A stretch of DNA of 24,030 nucleotides, taken from positions 1-24,030 of IMG/VR virus record IMGVR_UViG_3300038393_000202. One strand, written 5' to 3'. The position numbers and the translations under genes were made by a program. The notes below the pieces were generated by a model. It was not told the origin of the DNA, ran no database searches, and saw only the letters and a program-made list of their open reading frames with translations. The DNA is from a virus (taxonomy: Duplodnaviria > Caudoviricetes). This document shows positions 15,041 to 23,796 of this stretch, one piece after another. How positions within the stretch are numbered: position 1 is the stretch's first letter; each line of letters begins with the position of its first letter.

Positions 15041-16147
15041 CTACGCGTCGAGGTCTAGGACACGGCTCGCCTCGACGAACTGCTTCGAGAAGCCGCTGTT
15101 CTCGCTCATGGTCATAATCTGAGTCTGGTTCGTGATGAACCGCTGTGCCTCAGAGATGACGGAGCCAGCCTCGACGTACTCTTCGATGCTCGCGGCCTTG
15201 TTGAAGCCAACCACCTTCTTGCCGGTGAACCCGGCATCCGCGATATCCTCGTGCCACAGAAGAGTCGTCTCCCCCTGCGGCATCTGCGGCGTGCCCATCT
15301 TGATGCTGTTGAGGTCGCCATTGACCATCAGCGAGAGCACCTGCTGTGCGTTCAGGTTCGGCACCTGAGTCAGCACGATGTCCACGAAGGCATCCTTCGT
15401 CGCAACGAGCGTGTTGCAGGAGAAGACATCGAACTTCATCAGGAAGTTCAGCCACGCCTTCGCGGTCAACGTGCCAGAGGCGGCAGAGTCTAGGTCCGAG
15501 AGGCTGTCCACCGGAGCGGCGTTGCCGTTCCCGTCGCCCTTGATGAGCGTGTAGATAGCTTCCTCCGCCTTGTCCAGAGCCGCATCACCGACGATGAACT
15601 CGATGAGGCGCTGGAACATCGGAATGGTCATGCGCCGAATCGCCTCGTACGAGCCGTCGATGGCGCGACCGTACTTGAAGAAGCGAACCGCCTGCTCACG
15701 GGTGCTGATCTTGGAGACCGGCAGTTCCGTGCGCTCGGTGATGCGCCGCTTCTTGGTCTTACCGCGAGCAGGACGGTCTAGGTACGGCGTCTTAACGAGG
15801 TCGCCCTGAATGGTGTTGCTCGCACCGACGAGGGCGTTGAGGATGTTGTTCCGCGCGTACGCAGAGCGAATCGTGCGGTTGACGAACTCGGGGAAGAGGG
15901 TCTTGTTATCATCGGTCAGGAAGAAGGTCTCGACGGTCGAAGCCTTCAGACCGAGTTCGGGAACGTCCTTGGTGAAGATGCCACGAGCCTTGAGTTGGCG
16001 CTCAAAGGCATCGAGCATAGAACCAGCGGGCGTCGGGTCCATCTCCTCCAGCACCTCGGAGAAGGTCTTCACGCGACCATCATCGTGCTTGCGACCGTAC
16101 ATGTCGAACGCAAGGCTCAGCTTCGCAATCTCCATACTGTCTGTCAC
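15041..16147 (-). CDS. Major capsid protein (HK97 fold)
   Basis: 368 aa; TLFPEFVNRTI, ITERTELP, KYGRAIDGSYEAIRR, LIKGDGN motifs; expected position. Confidence 0.88.
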   Translation of the reverse strand: MTDSMEIAKLSLAFDMYGRKHDDGRVKTFSEVLEEMDPTPAGSMLDAFERQLKARGIFTKDVPELGLKASTVETFFLTDDNKTLFPEFVNRTIRSAYARNNILNALVGASNTIQGDLVKTPYLDRPARGKTKKRRITERTELPVSKISTREQAVRFFKYGRAIDGSYEAIRRMTIPMFQRLIEFIVGDAALDKAEEAIYTLIKGDGNGNAAPVDSLSDLDSAASGTLTAKAWLNFLMKFDVFSCNTLVATKDAFVDIVLTQVPNLNAQQVLSLMVNGDLNSIKMGTPQMPQGETTLLWHEDIADAGFTGKKVVGFNKAASIEEYVEAGSVISEAQRFITNQTQIMTMSENSGFSKQFVEASRVLDLDA

Positions 16148-16159
16148 TCCCCTTTCTGA

Positions 16160-16570
16160 TTAGCCCAAGAACACGACGGCGGTGTTCGCGGTCGCATCGA
16201 CAGACTCAACCTTCGGGCCGTACTTGGTCGCCGCAAGCGTCTTCACCGCACCAGCGCCGTTGACAACCACCACGTCCTTGACGGCAGGCTCCGAGCCATC
16301 GACGACGGGTACGGTCGCGTAACCACGCTTCTGCACGGTCACGTAGCCGTCGTACTCGTACTGAACGATGACACCCTCCAGCGCATCGCCATCAGTGCCG
16401 TAGCCAACGGTGTCGGCGGCAGTCAGGGCCACAGCCTTGCCGATGACGGCGGCACGGTTCAGGGTCGTCTTGCCATCACCAGCGAGCGTCTTCAGCCCGT
16501 TGTCAGCGATGTAGGTTGCGTTCCACGCGCCGATACCCTCGCGGTCGATTCCACCACGTCCGTAAGCCAT
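16160..16570 (-). CDS. Capsid decoration/cement protein
   Basis: 136 aa Gly/Ala/Val-rich (GKAVAL..LEGVI..DGYVTVQKRG), between protease and capsid. Confidence 0.7.
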   Translation of the reverse strand: MAYGRGGIDREGIGAWNATYIADNGLKTLAGDGKTTLNRAAVIGKAVALTAADTVGYGTDGDALEGVIVQYEYDGYVTVQKRGYATVPVVDGSEPAVKDVVVVNGAGAVKTLAATKYGPKVESVDATANTAVVFLG

Positions 16571-16592
16571 GTATCAATCACCCTCCTTGTAG

Positions 16593-17954
16593 TTAAGCCT
16601 TGAACGCCGAATCAGGAACGTCGCGCTTCTTGCTTGCCGTCTCAGTCGGTTGCGTTACACGACCGGGAGCAAGCGACTCCTTCGCCTTCGCCTTGAACTG
16701 GTCGCACATCTTGTTCAGCGTCTCAACGGATGCGTTGGCAAGCAGTTCAACGTAGGTATCACGAGCAAACGCATTACCGTCTGCACGAACGCCCCACGTC
16801 AGAACATCCTCCATCTTCTCGGCCTTGAGCATCTGACCGTCCTTGGCGAGTTTGAGCAGTTCGTCACCACCCATCTCCTTGCCAAGCACATCGACGACCC
16901 GCGAAGCATCAAGAACCACGGCACCAGTCGCGTCGAACTCCTCGAACATAGCACCGTCCAGCTTGCCAGCCAGTTCGGTGATGTTGATGCCCTGCGAGTT
17001 CGACAACTCCACGACCTTCGCAAACATCTCATTCGCCTGCTCGACGGTCAGCCCGTGCTTCTCAGCCTCCTCACCGAAGGCATCCCACTTGGACTTCTCA
17101 CCCTCCACCTCTTCACCACCCTTCGCGGTCGTCTCAGAACCAGAGGCAATAGAAAAAGACCCCCTCTTGGCGAGAGCGTCCTTCCTAGCAAAGAGAGTCA
17201 CGTTGTTCGCGCTGAAGGCGGCGAACACTTGAGCGCCAACTGGCAGGCTCACGATGTCCTCCACCGCGAACGCTTGCATCGCGCCCTCACCCTTAGCGCC
17301 CTTGTCGGTAGGCGTTTCGCTCAACGCCTCCGCTGTCGGGTAGGCACCAGCGAATACGCCGCTCAACTCGAACTGGTCGCCCGGAGGCTTGGCGATGATG
17401 TAGCACGTCTTCCCGTCGTACGTCCTACCCGGATAGTGCTTACACCCGTCGTCACGGTTCTTGTCGCGGATGTCTAGTCCGCAGATGGAGCACTCCGACC
17501 GACTCCACCCGATGCCTACCGAGTGGTCACGTAGCGAACCGTCCTCGATGGACTCGATGAACTCGTCGGTCTTTACCCCGTCCTTCTCGCGTCCACGCGG
17601 CACGTAGGCGTCACCGAAGAGTCCATACGTCTCGCCTTCGAAGTCACTCGACGGACGTACCTCTGCGTCGTAGATGCGCCCGAGCGTGATTACACCCTTC
17701 TGGTCACTCAGCCCGAACCACGCACTCCAACGGTGATTCAACATCAGCGACACGTCACCGTTTCGCCCGTTCTGCGCGTACTGCTCCAGCAGTTCCTTGC
17801 TCAACTTGATGTAACGGTGTGGAATAGGCCCGTCCCCCACTTGCTTCACGGGGTACGTGAACACCTCATCGGCGGCGAACGGTCGCTTCGTCAGCCGGTT
17901 GATCTTCGCCAACTGCTCTGGCGTTGGCACGCCATACTTCTGCTGGTCAGCCAT
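16593..17954 (-). CDS. Prohead protease with C-terminal scaffold
   Basis: LMLNH, DGSLRDHSVG, zinc-finger CSICG..C.HYPG, ELSGVFAGA; acidic helical C-terminus. ATG 17954 is well spaced from GGAGGTG. Confidence 0.8.
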   Translation of the reverse strand: MADQQKYGVPTPEQLAKINRLTKRPFAADEVFTYPVKQVGDGPIPHRYIKLSKELLEQYAQNGRNGDVSLMLNHRWSAWFGLSDQKGVITLGRIYDAEVRPSSDFEGETYGLFGDAYVPRGREKDGVKTDEFIESIEDGSLRDHSVGIGWSRSECSICGLDIRDKNRDDGCKHYPGRTYDGKTCYIIAKPPGDQFELSGVFAGAYPTAEALSETPTDKGAKGEGAMQAFAVEDIVSLPVGAQVFAAFSANNVTLFARKDALAKRGSFSIASGSETTAKGGEEVEGEKSKWDAFGEEAEKHGLTVEQANEMFAKVVELSNSQGINITELAGKLDGAMFEEFDATGAVVLDASRVVDVLGKEMGGDELLKLAKDGQMLKAEKMEDVLTWGVRADGNAFARDTYVELLANASVETLNKMCDQFKAKAKESLAPGRVTQPTETASKKRDVPDSAFKA

Positions 17955-18180
17955 CCTTGCCATCACCTCCCGCAATAGGTTCCTTGTAGGTACGCGGTAG
18001 CGTCAGAGTGCAACCGCAGTCGCCAATGCACGCCAGCGGCGAACTACCGCTAATCACCCCACCCGTCGCGTACTCCCTTTCCGCCAAAGACTCGGAGACG
18101 GGCTTGCGCTCCATCGGCGCTTCCGCCCACTTCCCGTGTAGCCGCATCCACCCGCCCGCTCGCACCATCGTCGCGTCCAA
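17947..18180 (-). CDS. Hypothetical protein, 77 aa, overlapping the portal 3' end
   Basis: AGGAGGTGG RBS 11 nt before TTG 18180. Stop overlaps the protease start. Confidence 0.45.
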   Translation of the reverse strand: MDATMVRAGGWMRLHGKWAEAPMERKPVSESLAEREYATGGVISGSSPLACIGDCGCTLTLPRTYKEPIAGGDGKDG

Positions 18181-19534
18181 GCGTCACACCACCTCCTAAG
18201 CCAAAACTCACCCGCACCTCTTCCGCTGGGTCTCCAGCGGCACCGTTGCTCCCCATGACTTCAGAGGCGGCAACGTCGTTCGTGACCCACCCCATCTTGA
18301 CTGCAATCGCGTAGAACTTCTGCCACGCGAGTTTGACCTCTGCCCTCTCCAACTCAGCCTGCCAGTCGATGGTCTTGTGCGTGAACACAGGCACCGCTTG
18401 GATGCCCTGCGTTCGTAGCCACAACCGCGCAATCTCCTCGACGAGACGCTTCGAGCCGCGCTGGATGGACTGCAACATGGTCACGAAGATGCGGAACTGC
18501 ACCGTTGACCAAGTTTCGGTAGTGCCCGACGTACGCCCCATGAAGACGCCCAACTGCTTCAGACCGCTCATGGTCTGCACGTCGAGCATTTCGTTGATAG
18601 CGCGCACGTCCACGGAGCGCGTGACCTCGCCCCCCTGCGTCTTGCCAACCTCGATGTCATCGGTGTGCACGAAGGAGTCGTCAGGCTTGAGACCACGAAG
18701 GTAGGTTTCAACCTCCTTGACGCGCTCCGCAATCCACTCCCGTTGCTTCTTGGCGTCACCCTTGACAGAAGGCGGCATGGCGGACATCAACCGCTCAAGG
18801 ATTAGCTTGATGTCGTAACGAGGCCAGCCTTGATTGTGGATGACCGCTTGCAGGTCGGAGCGAATCTGCATCTGAAAGTCTTCGGCGTTGATGGCTGGCG
18901 CGAGGAGCAACGTGCCGCGCGGGTCGCCGAACAACGGGTCCATCGGCACGTAGAAGAAATTGGCATCGTCAAGCGACACCTTCTTCATCGCCTGCTGTTG
19001 GTAAGGGACGTAGCGCCCCTTCGCCTTGTCCAACTCCCAATCAATCGTCTGCGGGTCGATGATGTGAACCTCGGTGATGTCGTCCAACGACGGCGCTACC
19101 TCGACTTCCACCATCTGGTTGCCACGGACGTAGGCGCTACGGTGCAACTGCTCAATCAGCCCGTCAAGCCCTGCATTGCTCACGGCGTTGATGCGCGAGG
19201 CGAACGAGCGCCACGCATTCTCCACCTCCGTCAAACGCCGCCCCTTCGACCGCGAGTTCACGCCGTAGAACGCCATCTCGTGCCCCTGCGACGACAAGCG
19301 CACAACGTTGTTCACCGCCATCGACACGTCAGGTGACGTGCGAATCAGGTGCTCTAGCGCCTCCACCTCGTCAGCAATCTTGCGCAGGGTGTCCAAAGCA
19401 TTTGACACCCGCGAGCGATGCGGCGAGAGCGTGCCGCCCCACGAGTGCTCGATGACGGCGGTAGTGCGCCCTGCCATCACAGGTTCGTCGGCATCCTTGG
19501 GCTTACGAGGAGCGAACCAGTCCTTCCATCCCAC
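18050..19534 (-). CDS. Portal protein
   Basis: 494 aa after the terminase; IIDPQTI, DPRGTLLLAPA, HNQGWPR motifs. Confidence 0.85.
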   Translation of the reverse strand: MGWKDWFAPRKPKDADEPVMAGRTTAVIEHSWGGTLSPHRSRVSNALDTLRKIADEVEALEHLIRTSPDVSMAVNNVVRLSSQGHEMAFYGVNSRSKGRRLTEVENAWRSFASRINAVSNAGLDGLIEQLHRSAYVRGNQMVEVEVAPSLDDITEVHIIDPQTIDWELDKAKGRYVPYQQQAMKKVSLDDANFFYVPMDPLFGDPRGTLLLAPAINAEDFQMQIRSDLQAVIHNQGWPRYDIKLILERLMSAMPPSVKGDAKKQREWIAERVKEVETYLRGLKPDDSFVHTDDIEVGKTQGGEVTRSVDVRAINEMLDVQTMSGLKQLGVFMGRTSGTTETWSTVQFRIFVTMLQSIQRGSKRLVEEIARLWLRTQGIQAVPVFTHKTIDWQAELERAEVKLAWQKFYAIAVKMGWVTNDVAASEVMGSNGAAGDPAEEVRVSFGLGGGVTLGRDDGASGRVDAATREVGGSADGAQARLRVFGGKGVRDGWGD

Positions 19535-19552
19535 TCACTCACCTCCTCTCAA

Positions 19553-19578
19553 TGAAAAAGACCCCTTCACTTAGGGGT
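19553..19578 (-). terminator. Intrinsic terminator between terminase and portal
   Basis: Minus strand ACCCCT-AAGTGA-AGGGGT-CTTTTTCA. Confidence 0.55.
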
Positions 19579-19591
19579 GCTCGTAGGTATG

Positions 19592-21340
19592 CTAGTTGTA
19601 CGCACGCTTGCCACCACCGATGGTCACGCCGCCGAAAGAGCCGAACCACGGCATCTCCATCTCGGCTTGGTTGTAGTCCTTGTAGAGCATAATCATCATC
19701 GCCACGAGGTCATCGTGACTGCCGCGAGGTGCGGAGTAACGGGTAACGCCCGTCTCGGAGATGGTGTACTTGTACTGCTTCAACTCCGCGAGTAGCGCCT
19801 CGTGCGGTGGGAAGGAAATGACACGTTGCTCCATGAGGAAGGCGAGGTGGTTGACCATCTCGTCCTTAAGCGCGTTCGTCCAGTGGACAGGTTCGATGTT
19901 GACACCCTGCTTGTCCAACTGCGGCCCGATGGTCTTGCCCACGCCCGTTTCGTCGAAGCGCACCGTGGCGAAGTTATACTTGCGGGAGATGCCAACCACA
20001 CGGTCAATCTGCGCCGCATACGGCACGCCCGTCCAGTGGAAGACCTCTACACACTCGCCGGTAGACTCTTTGAGCACGCCGACTGCCGCGTTGTCCACCT
20101 TCGCGCCGATGTCCCATGCGACGAGATAGCGTTCGCCCTCTTCCGCAACAGATGGCCCGTTGTAGGTAGCACACTTCTCAGGGTCCACGAACACCGAGTC
20201 GGCTTCGGCGATGAATTCCGCCAACCGTTCCTGTCTGAACTGGCGGTCGCTCACCATCTTGCGCTCGGCGTCAAGTTCCGCAGGGTCAAGATACGGGTTG
20301 TCGTAGGACGTGAAGTGCCACGACTCGTAGCGCGAGTTGTACTTCTCGTCGCCCTGCCTGCCCATGCGGTACAGTTGATACCAGAAGTGCTGAATGCCGG
20401 TAGGGGTTGAGTTGGCGAGGATGATGCCGCCCTTGCCGTTTGGACCACGCATCGGGCGGTTGACGCGTCCGAGCAGGTACGTCCACACGCGCTCTAGGTC
20501 AGCGATACGGCTTGCTTCCGTGACGAGCACGATGTCCAATCCAACCGAGACGAGCGCGTTCGGGTCGTCAGCAGAACGTACCTCAATCAACCCGTAGCCA
20601 CCGTTGTCATCGAGCGGCTTTGTGCGCAGGGTCTTGGACCCCTCCCACACCTGCTCCGTCCACTCCTTGGGGAAGTAGGCGAGTAGTTCGCGCCAAATCT
20701 GCTCCGACAGCTTGTAGTTCGGCGCGATGAGGAATCCGTGAACACGCGGTTCCAACTGCGTGAGGCTCCGATCTTCGCTCATCAACTTGCCGTACTGAAG
20801 GATGAACTCGTTGATGAGACAGCGGTCCTTTCCAAAACCTGCTCCGCAGTTAAGTATTTTAAATCGCGCTAAAGAATCGTGAATTAGTTGTTGTGCAGGA
20901 TGCGGAACGTATGCCGACGTTGCCTCCACCACGCGAACGCCACCGTTCTTCTTCGCCTCCCTGCACTCAGGGCACAAGTCACCGTCACGGTAGAACTTCT
21001 GCGTCTCGTCCTTGGCCTTGCCCGACGACAACCGCTTCCGCTCGAACGGATTCCCGCACTCAATGCAGTTGGCGTACGGCAACTTGTCCTCCGAGTAGAA
21101 GGCCTTACCATACGCCATGACCGCATCACGCAGGAGCATCTTCTGCCCGTTTGGAGCGATGCCGCAGGCTATGCGGGGGTTAGCACCCGCCTTGTACGTC
21201 CTGATGGTGGCTTGTGAAACACCGAGCACCGCCGCCGCTTCCTGCTCCCCGATGAACTGCTCCATTAACTGCGCGTAGTCCTCATCGTCATGGATGAGCC
21301 TACCGCGCGAACCGCGCCCACGCCGCGTCGTGATTGTCAT
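19592..21340 (-). CDS. terL: Terminase large subunit with N-terminal HTH and zinc-finger extension
   Basis: YVPHPAQ Q-motif, Walker A-like CGAGFGKD, Walker B-like IVLVTEAS, STPTG, SYDNPYL; nuclease AWDIG..D, FDETGVG, HDDLV. Confidence 0.92.
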   Translation of the reverse strand: MTITTRRGRGSRGRLIHDDEDYAQLMEQFIGEQEAAAVLGVSQATIRTYKAGANPRIACGIAPNGQKMLLRDAVMAYGKAFYSEDKLPYANCIECGNPFERKRLSSGKAKDETQKFYRDGDLCPECREAKKNGGVRVVEATSAYVPHPAQQLIHDSLARFKILNCGAGFGKDRCLINEFILQYGKLMSEDRSLTQLEPRVHGFLIAPNYKLSEQIWRELLAYFPKEWTEQVWEGSKTLRTKPLDDNGGYGLIEVRSADDPNALVSVGLDIVLVTEASRIADLERVWTYLLGRVNRPMRGPNGKGGIILANSTPTGIQHFWYQLYRMGRQGDEKYNSRYESWHFTSYDNPYLDPAELDAERKMVSDRQFRQERLAEFIAEADSVFVDPEKCATYNGPSVAEEGERYLVAWDIGAKVDNAAVGVLKESTGECVEVFHWTGVPYAAQIDRVVGISRKYNFATVRFDETGVGKTIGPQLDKQGVNIEPVHWTNALKDEMVNHLAFLMEQRVISFPPHEALLAELKQYKYTISETGVTRYSAPRGSHDDLVAMMIMLYKDYNQAEMEMPWFGSFGGVTIGGGKRAYN

Positions 21341-21771
21341 TCGCCCTCACCATCCCCATCCACATGCACCTCTGCGGTCTGGGTGGCGAAGTTGAACTTG
21401 AACACGGTGCGCGACTGGTTAGCCTTCTTCCGTGCCTCCTTGCGTTGTGGCACCATGTCGTCGAGGATTTTGCCACGCTTATCCGTGAGGATGCCGAACG
21501 CAATCGCCTTATCCTTGACGGGCACCTCGTCCCACTTGGTGCGCTTCAGCGACTCACCGATGTCGCCAAGGATGGCGTCCAAGTCACCGATGCGCTCTAC
21601 ATCCTTCTCACGAGCGGCAACAGCGGCGGTCTTGACCTTCTCCTCCAACGCCGCAACCGCCTTCGCTACCTCGTCCACGACGGCGACCGCGCTCCCCGCG
21701 TCCTCCAGCGGCGGCACGTCCACGTCGATTACCACATCGTTCGGGTCCACCTTCTTGCGTCTAGGTGCCAT
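21337..21771 (-). CDS. Probable terminase small subunit
   Basis: ATG 21771 after AAGGAGG; ATGA overlap with terL. AIAFGILTDK helix resembles small-terminase oligomerisation segments. Confidence 0.6.
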   Translation of the reverse strand: MAPRRKKVDPNDVVIDVDVPPLEDAGSAVAVVDEVAKAVAALEEKVKTAAVAAREKDVERIGDLDAILGDIGESLKRTKWDEVPVKDKAIAFGILTDKRGKILDDMVPQRKEARKKANQSRTVFKFNFATQTAEVHVDGDGEGE

Positions 21772-22339
21772 CTGCACACACCTCCTTCTTCCAACCGTCA
21801 CGAACTCTCATCAACACCGCTTTCCGCGCTAGCGCCCGTAGCTCGTCCAACGACAGTACCGCCGCGAGTCTGTCCTGCAACTTCCGCCGTGGCGCACTAC
21901 TCAGCCCACGCGCCCGTCCAAGTTCCTTGAGTGCGGCGTACATGTCGTCGCGCCACATGAGCGCGGCTAGGTAGACAGGTTGAATCGCTGGATTGGGACT
22001 TGCCTCTCGGTAGATAGTGAACGCCACCTTGTCGCTCGCGGGCACAACAAGAACGCCCCACCACTCAGGCAGGACGGCAAGAGCCTTGTCGAGGTGGCAA
22101 GCGGCGGTGACGAGCCAGCAACGGTCGAGAACGCGCCCGTAGTAGCGCACCTGCCGCCCTAACCGTTGAACGGAATCAACCGGACTCTTAATCTCGAATC
22201 CAACCAGTTCGTCACCGCACAACACCACGTCCACGATGGATGAACCACTACAGACGCCCATCTCGTTGACGAGAGCGGCATTCGGATGGCGTTCCGCTAG
22301 GTAGGCGTGTAGCGCACGCCGTATCTCAGGGTCACGCAT
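21761..22339 (-). CDS. sce7726-family PD-(D/E)xK nuclease-like protein
   Basis: DPEIR..L, NEMG..VDV...GFEIKSPVDSVQRLGRQVRYYGRVLD, LPEWWG, ALMWRDD pattern. AGAGGAGG RBS. Confidence 0.75.
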   Translation of the reverse strand: MRDPEIRRALHAYLAERHPNAALVNEMGVCSGSSIVDVVLCGDELVGFEIKSPVDSVQRLGRQVRYYGRVLDRCWLVTAACHLDKALAVLPEWWGVLVVPASDKVAFTIYREASPNPAIQPVYLAALMWRDDMYAALKELGRARGLSSAPRRKLQDRLAAVLSLDELRALARKAVLMRVRDGWKKEVCADGT

Positions 22340-22380
22340 GACGACACCTCCTCTACCAACTGCCCGTCGTAGGTAGAGGC

Positions 22381-22410
22381 TTGACTATACACCACGTCAA
22401 CATGTATAAT
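22381..22410 (+). promoter_or_regulatory. sigma70/sigmaA promoter for the small plus-strand operon
   Basis: TTGACT (22381-22386), 18 nt, TATAAT (22405-22410). TTGAC-N10-GTCAA dyad overlaps it. Confidence 0.7.
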
Positions 22411-22441
22411 CAGCGTGAAGGTTCGCACTAGGAGGGATGCC

Positions 22442-22690
22442 ATGCCAGCAGGTAGACCGCGCAAGCACGACGCCGCCAAGGTCAAGCGCGTAAGCCTCGT
22501 CACCACCACCACCCGCGCGAACACGCTCGACATCGCCGCCGAGTACATGCGCGTGCACACCGCCGTTGACGCCGACCGTAACGCGCTCATCAACGCCGCC
22601 ATCGACGCATGGGTGGCATCGCACGCCACGCTCGTAGAACAGGCGGTGACGTGGTGGAAGAAGGGCAAGAAGCCACCTAAGGAGGGGTAG
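22442..22690 (+). CDS. Probable ribbon-helix-helix DNA-binding protein, 82 aa
   Basis: AGGAGGG RBS. GRPRK, then strand VKRVSLV, then helices (RNALINAAIDAW). Confidence 0.6.
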   Translation: MPAGRPRKHDAAKVKRVSLVTTTTRANTLDIAAEYMRVHTAVDADRNALINAAIDAWVASHATLVEQAVTWWKKGKKPPKEG

Positions 22691-22691
22691 T

Positions 22692-22808
22692 GTGTACCCG
22701 ACGCTAGAAGCAATCGAGAACATGGTTCGCAAGTCGATGGGGCAACGACCGATGACACCGCGACAACGCCGCAGATTCCGCAAGCGTGTAGGACAAGGCA
22801 AGGTGTAA
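22692..22808 (+). CDS. Arginine-rich peptide, 38 aa
   Basis: AAGGAGGGG before GTG 22692; MYPTLEAIENMVRKSMGQRPMTPRQRRRFRKRVGQGKV. Below the ORF-track cutoff. Confidence 0.5.
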   Translation: MYPTLEAIENMVRKSMGQRPMTPRQRRRFRKRVGQGKV

Positions 22809-22828
22809 CCACCGAAGGAGGATGCGAA

Positions 22829-23005
22829 GTGATAACCGCACTACGCCGCATGTTCACGTTTGGTCGCAACCGTTCTCTCGACTACAACCGCCTGCACGGG
22901 CAGTACCGCGTCGTCTACCATGACGGCAAGCGGAGTCAACCGTTTTGCCGTGATGTGGCAAACGACTACGCTCGCATGTTCGGCGGGAAGGTGGTGGCGA
23001 AGTGA
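22829..23005 (+). CDS. Hypothetical protein, 58 aa
   Basis: GAAGGAGG before GTG 22829; stop overlaps the next start (GTGA). Below the ORF-track cutoff. Confidence 0.6.
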   Translation: MITALRRMFTFGRNRSLDYNRLHGQYRVVYHDGKRSQPFCRDVANDYARMFGGKVVAK

Positions 23006-23214
23006 CCATCACGAAGTGCGAGTGTGGCGGAAGACTCGACGTGGTGCGCACCGCTATCCTCGTGACGATAGCACCCGTAAACCCGAAGACGGGAGAGTGG
23101 GGCAAGGCGAAGAAGGTATGTGTCGTCGATGAAGATGGCGGCATCCCGAAGTTCATCTGCCGCAAGTGCAAGCGAGAGTGGCACCCCGTGTTTCACCGAT
23201 GGCCACAAGGATAG
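23002..23214 (+). CDS. Small zinc-ribbon protein, 70 aa
   Basis: CECGG and CRKC pairs; coupled start; followed by a terminator. Confidence 0.6.
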   Translation: MTITKCECGGRLDVVRTAILVTIAPVNPKTGEWGKAKKVCVVDEDGGIPKFICRKCKREWHPVFHRWPQG

Positions 23215-23217
23215 AGA

Positions 23218-23255
23218 AACCCCCACCTTCACAACGATGGTGGGGGTTGTCTTTT
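23218..23255 (+). terminator. Intrinsic terminator between convergent units
   Basis: AACCCCCACC (23218-23227) pairs with GGTGGGGGTT (23239-23248), then GTCTTTT. Confidence 0.7.
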
Positions 23256-23282
23256 GCACGCGCCGATGTAAGAAAATGGTGG

Positions 23283-23483
23283 TTACTTGATGCGCGGAGG
23301 TGGGTTCTTGATGACGATTGCCCCGCGCTCCCACGGTGGGATGCTACCGCTACAACCACGCGGTCGTGGCGTGGGCGGATTCACGGTACTGCCGTTCCGT
23401 CGAGTGCCACCGGAAACGCGAGCGAGTCCCACGATGGCGAGAAACCCCGTGACGACGAGGACGGCGGGGAGGAGTAGTGGCAT
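23283..23483 (-). CDS. Small membrane-anchored hypothetical protein, 66 aa
   Basis: GAGGGGG RBS; hydrophobic N-terminus MPLLLPAVLVVTGFLAIVGL. Confidence 0.5.
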   Translation of the reverse strand: MPLLLPAVLVVTGFLAIVGLARVSGGTRRNGSTVNPPTPRPRGCSGSIPPWERGAIVIKNPPPRIK

Positions 23484-23485
23484 GG

Positions 23486-23794
23486 CTACTTCCCCCTCTC
23501 CGAGCGAACGACGTTGTTCAGCCCCGGAAGCGCCCACTCCACCCGTTGGCAACTGACGTGACCTTCGGCGTCACCGTAGAGGATGCGGGCTATCTCCTCG
23601 CTGTACACCGCAGAACTCGTCCAATACTGCGGCGTACTCCATCCCTGCCACATGTGCAGTACCACGAAGTCAAAGCGCCCGTCGCCGTGCGGAATCCACC
23701 CGTACGCGCCCACTTGGTCGTCACCCGGAAGGTAGCGGTCCCACGTCACGAACGGCAACTTTTCCATGAACGGCGCGAGTTCGGTGATGTGCAT
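23486..23794 (-). CDS. Hypothetical protein, 102 aa
   Basis: AGGAG RBS before ATG 23794; tight packing with neighbours. Confidence 0.6.
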   Translation of the reverse strand: MHITELAPFMEKLPFVTWDRYLPGDDQVGAYGWIPHGDGRFDFVVLHMWQGWSTPQYWTSSAVYSEEIARILYGDAEGHVSCQRVEWALPGLNNVVRSERGK

Positions 23795-23796
23795 TG

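Noticed and set aside
19592-21340. Intein or intron in terL
   Set aside because: No intein boundary motifs or frame break; ATPase and nuclease motifs are normally spaced and the extra length is N-terminal.
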